From positions 21,439 to 85,438 of the forward strand of contig CATONV010000001.1 of assembly GCA_951801655.1 (NCBI GenBank): a DNA stretch of 64,000 nt, written 5' to 3'. Of the stretch, positions 1 through 8,369 are shown one piece after another. Origin of the DNA: an uncultured Oscillospiraceae bacterium. Lineage in GTDB: Bacteria > Bacillota > Clostridia > Oscillospirales > Oscillospiraceae. A program made the translations under genes and the position numbers. Under the pieces are notes generated by a model. That model was not told where the DNA came from. It did not search any database and saw only the letters and a list, made by a program, of their open reading frames with translations. Position 1 is the stretch's first letter; each line of letters starts with the position of its first letter.

Positions 1-1432
1 GGAGGACAGCCATACGGTTGCAGGTACGCAGCATCTCCTCGATTTCGGAGGAGATGAACATAATACTCTTGCCCTGCTGGGACAGCTGGATGATCAGCTT
101 TTGAATTTCGGTTTTGGTTCCGATATCGATGCCCCGGGTGGGCTCGTCAAGGATGAGGAAGTCCGGGTCGGTGGCCAGCCAGCGGGCCAGAATGGCCTTT
201 TGCTGGTTGCCGCCGGACAGCTGTTTGATAGGGGTCTCCCGGGTGGCCGTCTTGATCTGGAGGAGGCGAATGTACTCATCGGCAATTTCCTCCTGTTTGG
301 CCCGGGAGAGCTGGCGGAACATGCCTCGCTTGGCCTGCATGGCCAGGATGATGTTCTCCCGCACCGACAGATCTCCGATAATGCCCTCCGCCTTCCGGTC
401 ATCGGGCAGCAGGCCCATCCCCAGGTTCATGGCGTCCAGAGGCTGGCTGATTTTGGCCTCTTTACCTGCCACCTTCAGAGTGCCGGTCTGGGCCCTGTCG
501 GCGCCGTAGATGGACCGGGCCAGCTCGCTGCGGCCCGAACCCAGCAAACCGGTCAGTCCAATTACCTCCCCCTTGCGGATATCCAGGTCGAAGGGCTTAA
601 TGGTGCCCTTGTGGCTCAGGCCCCGGGCCTCAATCTCCATGGGGGTGTCCTTTTGGGCCTCAAAGCCCTCGGGCTTGATGGAGGCCAGATCGTCAAAGTC
701 TTTGCCCATCATAGCGGCCACCAGCTTCACCCTGGGCAGATCGGCGATGGGGTACTCGCCCACCAGAGTGCCGTTGCGCAAAACGGTAATCCGGTCGCAC
801 ACGGCGTACACCTGCTCCAGGAAGTGGGTGACAAAGATGATGCCCACGCCCTCTTCCTTGAGCTGGTTCATCACCTTAAACAGCTTTTCCACCTCGCCGT
901 CGTCCAGGGAAGAGGTGGGCTCATCCAGAATAAGCACCTTGCAGTCCATGTCGGAGGCCCGGGCGATGGCGATCATCTGCTGGATGGCCAGGGAGTAGTT
1001 CTCCAAATTTTGTGTCACGTCCACTTTAATATCCAGCCGCTTCACCAGCTCGTCCGCCTTTTTCATCATGGTCTTGCGGTCGATGGTGTGAAAAGCGGTC
1101 ATGGGCTCCCGGCCAATATACAGGTTCTCCGCCACACTCAGGTTGGGACACAGGTTGACCTCCTGATATACGGTGGAAATCCCCACACTCTGGGCGTCCT
1201 GGGTGGAGTGGTTTTTCACGGTTCCCTCCACCCCGTCAACGCGAATTTCGCCGGCCTCAAAATCATTGATGCCGGTGAGACACTTGATCAAGGTGGACTT
1301 ACCCGCGCCGTTCTCCCCCATAAGGGCGTGGATTTCTCCCTTGCGCAGGGTAAAGTCCACATTGTCCAGCGCCTTGACACCGGGGAAGGTCATGGAAATG
1401 CCCCGCATGGTCAAAACGACATTGTTTTCCAT
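1..1432 (-). CDS. Sugar ABC transporter ATP-binding protein (YtfR/RbsA/MglA type), 3' end runs off window
   Basis: Not in the ORF track. Read manually from ATG at 1432: MENNVVLTMRGISMTFPGVKALDNVDF...GENGAGKST (Walker A), ILDEPTSSL, second NBD LSGGNQQK...ILDEPTRGID. GGTGAGGTG RBS upstream. Confidence 0.93.
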   Translation of the reverse strand, partial: MENNVVLTMRGISMTFPGVKALDNVDFTLRKGEIHALMGENGAGKSTLIKCLTGINDFEAGEIRVDGVEGTVKNHSTQDAQSVGISTVYQEVNLCPNLSVAENLYIGREPMTAFHTIDRKTMMKKADELVKRLDIKVDVTQNLENYSLAIQQMIAIARASDMDCKVLILDEPTSSLDDGEVEKLFKVMNQLKEEGVGIIFVTHFLEQVYAVCDRITVLRNGTLVGEYPIADLPRVKLVAAMMGKDFDDLASIKPEGFEAQKDTPMEIEARGLSHKGTIKPFDLDIRKGEVIGLTGLLGSGRSELARSIYGADRAQTGTLKVAGKEAKISQPLDAMNLGMGLLPDDRKAEGIIGDLSVRENIILAMQAKRGMFRQLSRAKQEEIADEYIRLLQIKTATRETPIKQLSGGNQQKAILARWLATDPDFLILDEPTRGIDIGTKTEIQKLIIQLSQQGKSIMFISSEIEEMLRTCNRMAVL

Positions 1433-1465
1433 CCTTTTTCACCTCACCTTTCTTTTTAACATAAC

Positions 1466-1500
1466 AGGGGAGGGCCCCGGGTTTCCGGGGGCCCTCCCCT
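1466..1500 (-). other. Intercistronic stem-loop between binding-protein and ATPase genes (mRNA stabiliser or partial terminator)
   Basis: AGGGGAGGGCCCCGG-GTTT-CCGGGGGCCCTCCCCT inverted repeat with no clear U-tract. Confidence 0.55.
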
Positions 1501-1524
1501 TACTGACTAGGGTTAGGTTACTTC

Positions 1525-2619
1525 TTAGTAGGGACGGCCGTCCACAACCTCCTGGGTGGCGTGGATGACTTCCTGCGCCTCGCCGTTGACCGTGATGGAG
1601 GTCACATTGTCCTCAGCGGCGAACCAGTGCTCAGAGACATACACTTCCTTCTCAGGGGTCTCGCCCTTCTCCAGGGCCTGGATGATCTCAGAGACAGTGG
1701 GGGCGGCCATGGGGTTGCACTCGAAGTTGGCGTTAATCTTGCCGTCGCACACCATCTGGACATAGGGCTTGTTGGCGTCGAAGGAGACCAGGATCACGTC
1801 GCCGCCCACACCGTAGGTGATGCCGGCCTGATCCATGGCGGTCATGGCGCCGGCGGCCTCGTTGTCGTTCTGGCAGATAACCACGTTGAACTGGCCCTTA
1901 TAGCTCTGGCAGAAGGACTCCATAACCTCCTGGCCGCCGGCCTCGGTGAAGTCGCCGGACTGAGAGTCCAGAATGGTCCAGCCCTCGCGCTCGGCAATCT
2001 CCTTAAAGCCGTCGGTACGGCCGATGGTGGCGGAGGCGCCCACAGAGCCCTCGATGACCAGAGCGTTGATCTCGCCGATGCCCTTGTCGGCGGCATAGGC
2101 CTTCAGCCACTCGCCGCAGGCCAGACCCTCAACCTTAAAGTCGGAGCCAACCCAGGCCACATACTTGTCGGAGTCGTCCACGGTACGGTCGATGATGATG
2201 ACGGGGATACCGGCCTCGTCGCACTCAGTCAGAACGGTGTCCCAGCCGGTGGCAACGATGGGGTCGATGATGATGTAGTCCATGCCCTGCTGGATAAAGC
2301 TGCGCACAGCCTCCAGCTGCTTGGCGGAGTCGTTGTCACAGTCCACGAAGGACAGCTCATAGCCGTTGGCGGCAGAGAAGACATCCTGAGCGGACTTGGT
2401 GGAGGCGGTACGCCAGTCGGACTCGTGGCCCACCTGGGCGAAGCCAACCTTCAGGGTGCCGTCGCCGGTGCTGGGGGTACTGACGGCGGGATTGCTGGCA
2501 GCGGGGTTGCTGGCGGCCGGATTGCTGGCAGCGGGAGTGCTGGTGTTACCGCCGCCGCCGCAGGCAACCAGAGACAGGGACATGGCTGCGGCCAGAGCAA
2601 GAGAAAAAATCTTCTTCAT
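1525..2619 (-). CDS. Sugar ABC transporter substrate-binding lipoprotein (YtfQ/galactofuranose-arabinose-like)
   Basis: Lipobox LSLVAC; VGFAQVGHESDWRTA motif typical of YtfQ-like PBP1 proteins. Confidence 0.9.
   Translation of the reverse strand: MKKIFSLALAAAMSLSLVACGGGGNTSTPAASNPAASNPAASNPAVSTPSTGDGTLKVGFAQVGHESDWRTASTKSAQDVFSAANGYELSFVDCDNDSAKQLEAVRSFIQQGMDYIIIDPIVATGWDTVLTECDEAGIPVIIIDRTVDDSDKYVAWVGSDFKVEGLACGEWLKAYAADKGIGEINALVIEGSVGASATIGRTDGFKEIAEREGWTILDSQSGDFTEAGGQEVMESFCQSYKGQFNVVICQNDNEAAGAMTAMDQAGITYGVGGDVILVSFDANKPYVQMVCDGKINANFECNPMAAPTVSEIIQALEKGETPEKEVYVSEHWFAAEDNVTSITVNGEAQEVIHATQEVVDGRPY
2488..2532 (-). repeat. Three imperfect 15-bp tandem repeats encoding an (AASNP)x3 lipoprotein linker
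   Basis: GGGATTGCTGGCAGC / GGGGTTGCTGGCGGC / CGGATTGCTGGCAGC. Confidence 0.85.
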
Positions 2620-2804
2620 TTTACTTCCTCACTTTCTTTTCGTTGTACTCTCCCCGGTAGGAACACCGCCTGGGCCTTTGCTTCAGCCTGCTTCCATCGG
2701 GGCTACAACCGCATTAAACCCTATTTGTTTTAGAAAGTCAATACACTTTTTGTTTGTTCAGTCAGTTTCGTACCATTAAATAATACAAATTATGTTTATT
2801 TTAT

Positions 2805-2820
2805 ATAAATACGTACAAAT
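2805..2820. promoter_or_regulatory. Candidate AraR operator
   Basis: ATAAATACGTACAAAT matches 13/16 positions of the B. subtilis AraR consensus ATTTGTACGTACAAAT; lies between the ABC genes and the araR-like gene. Confidence 0.6.
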
Positions 2821-3166
2821 TCGACGGACTGTCCCGCTGTCTCCCCAAACCAAGTTTGTTTTTCTCCGATTTATCCGGAGAAAAAGTTGAATATTTTACT
2901 CCGCCCGCCGCTGCCCTAAAGTCTCTGGGGGTCGTAAACTTGCCCATCCGCCTTTGAAAACTTCGATTTTTTCCACAGGAGGTTCGAAAATTCCCGTTCA
3001 AATGTCTCTTTTTCACTTTTAAAAACCAGACAAATGTTTGCCGGCCGCATGTGTAAAATGTGAAATCAGATAAGATAACCAACCACTTTATTGGTCTGTT
3101 TTCACAGGGTCTCTGGTATAATGGTAGGCGCAACAGGAATCTCTCATCGGAGGGTGGCATGACGCT

Positions 3167-4234
3167 ATGGCAATGAAATACAAATTTCTGGCAGATCTGC
3201 TGCGAGAGGATCTGATCAAAAACGGGGGCCGCAGCGGCTACAAGCTGCCCACCGAAGCGGAGCTCACCCGCCGCTACCACATGAGCCGGCAGACGGTGCG
3301 TCACGCCCTCCAGCTGCTGGCGGAGGAGGGCCTGGTCCAGAGTCGTCAGGGCAGCGGCACCTACACCACCGGTATGGCCCGGGACGCCGCTTCCCGGCAG
3401 ATCGCGGTGGTCACCTCCTTTCTGGACGACTACATCTTTCCCACCATCCTTCACGACGCCCAGAGTATCTTTGCCCAGGCGGGCTACTCCACCCTGGTGT
3501 GCGCCACGGAAAACCAGGTGGGAACCGAGAGGGACATTCTCCTGCGTCTTCTGGAGGAAAATGTGGGGGGCATTCTGGTAGAGGGCTCCAAAACCGCTCT
3601 GCCCAGCCCCAACGCCGACCTGTACCGCCGCCTGCGGGAGGCGGATATTCCCCTTCTTTTTCTCCACGGGGCCTACAGCGAGCTGAGTGCAGTTCCCTGC
3701 ATCTACGACGACAACTACGGCGGCGGCTACCTTCTGGCCCGCCACCTCATCGACCGGGGCCACAGGCATCTGGCCGGCATCTTCAAAAGCGACGATGTCC
3801 AGGGGCCTCAGCGGTATCACGGCTGCATTTCCGCCATCCGGGACGCCGGACTGCCTATATCTGACCGGTGCTTTCGGTGGTATGACACCGAAGACCGGCT
3901 GGAGATGGTGGAAAAGCGCCGCTTCGACCTGCTGCGGCGTTTTCTGGCCGAGAGGCTGGAGCCTGCCACGGCGGTCATCTGCTACAACGACGAAATTGCC
4001 TTTCTCCTGATCCAGGAACTGCTGGCCATGGGGAAACGGGTGCCCGAGGACACGGCGGTGGTCAGCTTTGACAACAGCTACTACAGTCAGATCAGCCCCA
4101 TTCCCATCACCTCCCTGCGCCATCGGGAGAAAATGGGCCGGGTCGCCGCCGAGGAGATGATCCGCATTCTGGGGGGCGCGCCGGGACAGTCCCGGGCCCT
4201 GGAGTGGGAGCTTCTGGAACGGAGCAGCAGCTGA
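3167..4234 (+). CDS. araR: AraR-like repressor (GntR-type wHTH plus LacI-type effector domain)
   Basis: KLPTEAELTRRYHMSRQTVRHAL...SRQGSGTY; DDYIFPTI, IFKSDDVQG, VVSFDNS motifs. Confidence 0.8.
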   Translation: MAMKYKFLADLLREDLIKNGGRSGYKLPTEAELTRRYHMSRQTVRHALQLLAEEGLVQSRQGSGTYTTGMARDAASRQIAVVTSFLDDYIFPTILHDAQSIFAQAGYSTLVCATENQVGTERDILLRLLEENVGGILVEGSKTALPSPNADLYRRLREADIPLLFLHGAYSELSAVPCIYDDNYGGGYLLARHLIDRGHRHLAGIFKSDDVQGPQRYHGCISAIRDAGLPISDRCFRWYDTEDRLEMVEKRRFDLLRRFLAERLEPATAVICYNDEIAFLLIQELLAMGKRVPEDTAVVSFDNSYYSQISPIPITSLRHREKMGRVAAEEMIRILGGAPGQSRALEWELLERSSS

Positions 4235-4235
4235 C

Positions 4236-4272
4236 AAAACTCCCCCGGCCCAAGGCCGGGGGAGTTCTTCTT
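4236..4272. terminator. Bidirectional intrinsic terminator
   Basis: AACTCCCCCGGCC-CAA-GGCCGGGGGAGTT between convergent genes. Confidence 0.85.
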
Positions 4273-6119
4273 TATTTGACCACAAGGATACGGATGCGCC
4301 CGCCCTCGGGCTCAGCCTTGTCGTACCAGCCGGTGACATCGCCGGCACTTTCGGCACGGGCCAGGCTGGACAGGTAATACTGGCCGTCCCGATACTCATA
4401 GACCACCACGCTGTCCGACAGGGTGTATTTTTGACTGCCGGTGACAAACTGGTTTCCAATGACCTGGCCCGCCTTGGCCGCAGTAAGACCATACAGTCTC
4501 TCCGGGTTGGAAGGCTCGCCCAGAATGCGGACAGGCCCGGCGGCAGCCTGGAACTTGGTACTGCCGGAGACGGTGTGTCTCACGCCGCCCACGTCAAACC
4601 GATAGGTGCGCAGCTTGCTCGTCCCCTCCCCCGTCTCGTCAAAGCCGGTGATGATTCCATACTGATATGCGTCGCCGGTAACGTCGTTGAGAATGAGGGT
4701 CTCGATCTCCCCCTGAGGGTTGAGGGAGTAGTACTTCACCTTGCCGCTGTCCAGCTTCAGTCCGGCCAGCCGGGCCGGATAGATCGCCGCGCCCCGATCC
4801 TCACTCACATCCAGCACCTGCGCGCCCTGGGCAAAGGTATACTTGCCCAGCTCGGTGCCCTCCTTGTTCACCGTACCGGTGAGAGAGGAATTGGGCAGCC
4901 CCCGGAGGGTGACCTCACCGTTGCGCACCAGGGCCCGGACCACACTACCCACCCGGTAGCCGCCCCGACTGGGATACTGGTAGGTCTGGCCGTCGGCGGC
5001 CAGCAGGGTAACAGTCTGGGCGGTGTAGCTCCCGCCGCTGCCGTCGGGGTAGGAGGTGTTCTCCACAGCCGTCACCACGCCCACCCGGTCGCCCGCGCTG
5101 GCGGACACGTCAGCCACCGCAGCCACGCCGCCACTTCTGCCCAGCAGAAGGGTAACGGTGTCGCCCAGATGGTATTGCCCCAGATCGGACAGGGCATAGG
5201 CGGCGGCGGAGTCCTCAATCTGGTAGGTCCGTCCGGCCACCGTCACGGCGTCTGGCTCCGCCCCGGAGGGCGTTATGGCCTGGATGGGGCCGGTGGCCTT
5301 TTTGTCATAGACCCAGACCGTGCCCATAGACCGGTTCCAGTAGACCACATCGTAGTCCTGGATGCTGCTCAGTACGGCGGCGCTGCCGTTGCGGTACACC
5401 TTGCCCGGCGTAAAGCCCAGGGTGGACTGCCAGCTGTAGCCCCGGGCCACCACCGGTCCCTCCATCTGCCCGTTGACCAGGGAGACCACATCCGGCCTGC
5501 CTGAGGCGTCCAGGCTGTGGCCCAGGGTCTGAATGTAGGGAGTCCCCGCCTTGGTTTTGGCGGAGAGAAGATTATAAAAGAGGTATACCGCGTCCTGCCG
5601 AGTCAGCGTGGAGGACGCCCCGGCGGCGGTGACGCCGGCACTCAGCTTCAAACTGTGGTACATAGACAGCTGTCCGGTGGGGAAAACCCCGGAGAAGTCC
5701 TCCGGGCCGTAGCCCAGCAGGGTGAGTACCATAGACGCCGCCTCCGCCAGGCGTATCTCCTGGTCGGGGCGGAAGGTGCCGTCGCTGAAGGCGGTCACCA
5801 GGCCCCGGCTCACCGCCGCCTCCACATAGCCGCTGGCCCAGTGGCTCCGGGGCACATCCGGGTAGGGGGAGGACGCCGCCTGGCCCACCCCGTCTCCCGC
5901 CGGGGAGGCCTTCACCGCCATGGTGACAAATTCCGCCCGGCTCACCTTGGCCGACAGGTTCAGGTTTCCGTTCCCGTCCCCGTTCATAATCCCCAGGGCG
6001 GTCACCGCCTGGACGGCGTCCTCCAACGAAGGGGCCGCCCCCGCCGCCGAAGCGGGCAGGGCCAGAGAGAGGGTCAGACAGGCCGCCAAAAGGGCGGAGA
6101 AAAAGCGTTTTGTTTTCAT
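4272..6119 (-). CDS. S-layer homology (SLH) domain surface protein
   Basis: Signal peptide; SLH motifs VSRAEF, YPDVPRSHWASGYV, DGTFRPDQEI, LTRQDA. Confidence 0.88.
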   Translation of the reverse strand: MKTKRFFSALLAACLTLSLALPASAAGAAPSLEDAVQAVTALGIMNGDGNGNLNLSAKVSRAEFVTMAVKASPAGDGVGQAASSPYPDVPRSHWASGYVEAAVSRGLVTAFSDGTFRPDQEIRLAEAASMVLTLLGYGPEDFSGVFPTGQLSMYHSLKLSAGVTAAGASSTLTRQDAVYLFYNLLSAKTKAGTPYIQTLGHSLDASGRPDVVSLVNGQMEGPVVARGYSWQSTLGFTPGKVYRNGSAAVLSSIQDYDVVYWNRSMGTVWVYDKKATGPIQAITPSGAEPDAVTVAGRTYQIEDSAAAYALSDLGQYHLGDTVTLLLGRSGGVAAVADVSASAGDRVGVVTAVENTSYPDGSGGSYTAQTVTLLAADGQTYQYPSRGGYRVGSVVRALVRNGEVTLRGLPNSSLTGTVNKEGTELGKYTFAQGAQVLDVSEDRGAAIYPARLAGLKLDSGKVKYYSLNPQGEIETLILNDVTGDAYQYGIITGFDETGEGTSKLRTYRFDVGGVRHTVSGSTKFQAAAGPVRILGEPSNPERLYGLTAAKAGQVIGNQFVTGSQKYTLSDSVVVYEYRDGQYYLSSLARAESAGDVTGWYDKAEPEGGRIRILVVK

Positions 6120-6146
6120 GGTGTAACTTCCTTTCTAGCTTAGGGT

Positions 6147-6210
6147 GTAGGGCGCGACGACCTCGGCGCGCCGTTTTATGCCAGCGGCGTGCCCAGTGGT
6201 CACGCCCTAC
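6147..6210. repeat. GTAG-family REP doublet (REPIN-like)
   Basis: GTAGGGCGCGACGACCTCGGCGCGCC...GGCGTGCCCAGTGGTCACGCCCTAC; left arm near-identical to copies at 47709 and 8289. Confidence 0.8.
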
Positions 6211-6216
6211 AAGCGC

Positions 6217-7467
6217 TCAATCATACCGCAGTGCGTCAATCGGGTTCAATTTGGCGGCCTTGTTGGCGGGCAGGTAGCCGAACAGCACGCCGATGCCCAC
6301 CGACACGCCGAAGCTGAGGAGGATAGCCCCCATGGTGGGGGTGGCGTCGAAGGTGATGCCGCTGGTGCCCATACTCTCCACCAGCATGCCGCCCAGAAGC
6401 ATCCCCAGCCCCTTGGCCAGCAGCCAGCCGAAGGCGATGCCCAGCAGTCCGCCGATGGCGGAGGTGGTGCCCGCCTCGATGACGAACTGGCTGCGGATGT
6501 CCTTCCGCTTGGCCCCCAGGGACTTGCGCACGCCGATCTCCCGGGTGCGCTCGGTGACGGACACCAGCATGATGTTCATAATCCCGATGCCGCCCACCAG
6601 CAGAGAGATGGCGGCGATAGCCACCAGCACGCCCATAGCTACGCCCATCATGGCGTTGATCTGGTTGGCCTGCTCGGCCATGGTCATGATGTAGAAGTAG
6701 TTATACATGCCGTCGTCCGTCCGGTAGAACTTGTTGAGGTAGGCCTCAATGACCCCTTTGGCGGCGTTTGCAGTCTCGCCGGAGGTACTGGTGAAGATGT
6801 ACAGGCCCACCCACCGGTCACCGACGATCTCCATGACGGTGGTATAGGGCATGTAAATTTGATCGTCCTGACTGCCGGGGAGCATTTCAAATTCAGCGTT
6901 GCGCTTGAGCACGCCTACCACAGTGAGAGTCCGGCCGTTAATGGACAGGGTTTTTCCCAGCGCGTCGCCGCCGAAGGCCTCCTGTTCCAGATAGGCCCCG
7001 ATGACGCAGACCGCCTCCCGGCGCTCCACATCCATGTAGCTGATAAAGCGGCCCTTGGCCAGCTGTTCGCCGTCCATGGTGTAGTTGGTGGCGGCGTTGT
7101 ACATGATCTCGCTGATTCCGTACACACTAGTCCGGTCAAACTTCTCGTCCCCGTGGCGGACCACGCCGCCCAGGTTGATGTAGGGGGATACACCGGTGAG
7201 GACGTGGGGGTTTTCGTCCACCAAGTCATACAGCTCCTCCGGGTCGGGCATCATACCGTCTCCCACAGACCAGATCTGGACCTGAATCATGTTGATGCCC
7301 ATCTTGTCCACCTGCTGCTGGATCATGCCGGTGAGGCCGTTGCCCAGGGAGAGGATGACAATCACCGCTCCCACGCCGATGATGATGCCCAGCATGGTGA
7401 GCAGGGCCCGCATTTTGCTGGTGGTGAGGGATTTGATCGCCAGGCGGAAGGACTGTCCAAAGTTCAT
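6217..7467 (-). CDS. ABC transporter permease, MacB/YknZ-like
   Basis: RALLTMLGIIIGVGAV and GGIGIMNIMLVSVTERTREIGVRKSLGA signatures. Confidence 0.93.
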   Translation of the reverse strand: MNFGQSFRLAIKSLTTSKMRALLTMLGIIIGVGAVIVILSLGNGLTGMIQQQVDKMGINMIQVQIWSVGDGMMPDPEELYDLVDENPHVLTGVSPYINLGGVVRHGDEKFDRTSVYGISEIMYNAATNYTMDGEQLAKGRFISYMDVERREAVCVIGAYLEQEAFGGDALGKTLSINGRTLTVVGVLKRNAEFEMLPGSQDDQIYMPYTTVMEIVGDRWVGLYIFTSTSGETANAAKGVIEAYLNKFYRTDDGMYNYFYIMTMAEQANQINAMMGVAMGVLVAIAAISLLVGGIGIMNIMLVSVTERTREIGVRKSLGAKRKDIRSQFVIEAGTTSAIGGLLGIAFGWLLAKGLGMLLGGMLVESMGTSGITFDATPTMGAILLSFGVSVGIGVLFGYLPANKAAKLNPIDALRYD

Positions 7468-8210
7468 GCGCCCACCTCCTCGTCCTCTTCATCCGCGCCG
7501 TGGGGCTGGACCACCGCACGGGGGTCGTGGGAGTCGCCGTCGTAGATGATTTTGCCGTCCTGAAGGCGGACAATCCGGTCGGCCTTCACGGCGATGGAGT
7601 TGTCGTGGGTGATGAGGACCACCGTATTTCCCTCCCGATGCAGCTGCTTGAGGAATCTCAGCACATCCCTGCCGGTGCGGGAGTCCAGGGCGCCGGTGGG
7701 CTCGTCTGCCAGGATCAGGCTGGGGTCTCCGGCCAGGGCCCGGGCGATGGAAACCCGCTGCTGCTGGCCGCCGGACAGCTGAGAGGGCAGGTTTTTCCCC
7801 TTGTCCGCCAAGCCAACCCGCTCCAGGGATTGCAGGGCCCTCTCCCGTCTCTCCTCGCCGGGCACCCCGGCGTAGAGAAGGGGCAGCTCCACGTTCTCCA
7901 GCACGGACAGCTTGGGGATCAGATTGTACTGCTGAAAGATGAAGCCCAGCATCTTGTTGCGAATCTCCGCCTGCTGGTCGTCGTCCATGGTAGACACGTC
8001 CACGCCCCCCAGGTGGTAGGTGCCCGAGGTGGGCACGTCCAGACAGCCAATGATATTCATGGCGGTGGATTTGCCCGACCCGGAGGAACCCACAATGGCC
8101 ACGAACTCCCCCTGGTCGATGGTCAGGTCCACCCCGTCCAGAGCGTGGACGGTCTCCGAGCCCATCTGGTATATTTTATAGACGTCTTTTAATTCAATGA
8201 GGTGTTCCAA
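7464..8210 (-). CDS. ABC transporter ATP-binding protein, MacB/YknY-like (TTG start)
   Basis: GSSGSGKST, LSGGQQQRV, ILADEPTGALD. Confidence 0.93.
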   Translation of the reverse strand: MEHLIELKDVYKIYQMGSETVHALDGVDLTIDQGEFVAIVGSSGSGKSTAMNIIGCLDVPTSGTYHLGGVDVSTMDDDQQAEIRNKMLGFIFQQYNLIPKLSVLENVELPLLYAGVPGEERRERALQSLERVGLADKGKNLPSQLSGGQQQRVSIARALAGDPSLILADEPTGALDSRTGRDVLRFLKQLHREGNTVVLITHDNSIAVKADRIVRLQDGKIIYDGDSHDPRAVVQPHGADEEDEEVGA

Positions 8211-8288
8211 ATTTTATTGCCTCCCTTGTTGGCCTGTTCCGGGTATACCGGGGCGACCTGTGGCCGCCCGCGACACACGATTGGGCGT

Positions 8289-8369
8289 GCAGGGCGCGGC
8301 GACCTCGGCGCGCTGTTTTCGTCACAGCGGCGTTTTTAAGGAGCAGCGGGCCGTGTCGTCCCGCCCTAC
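8289..8369. repeat. GTAG-family REP doublet overlapping the stop codon of the upstream gene
   Basis: GCAGGGCGCGGCGACCTCGGCGCGCTG...GCGGGCCGTGTCGTCCCGCCCTAC. Confidence 0.7.

Noticed and set aside
101-1459. 452-aa + strand ORF
   Set aside because: Antisense shadow of the real minus-strand ABC ATPase, which the track missed because it runs off the window edge.
2801-4492. 563-aa minus-strand ORF
   Set aside because: Antisense to araR and overlaps the terminator; no motifs.
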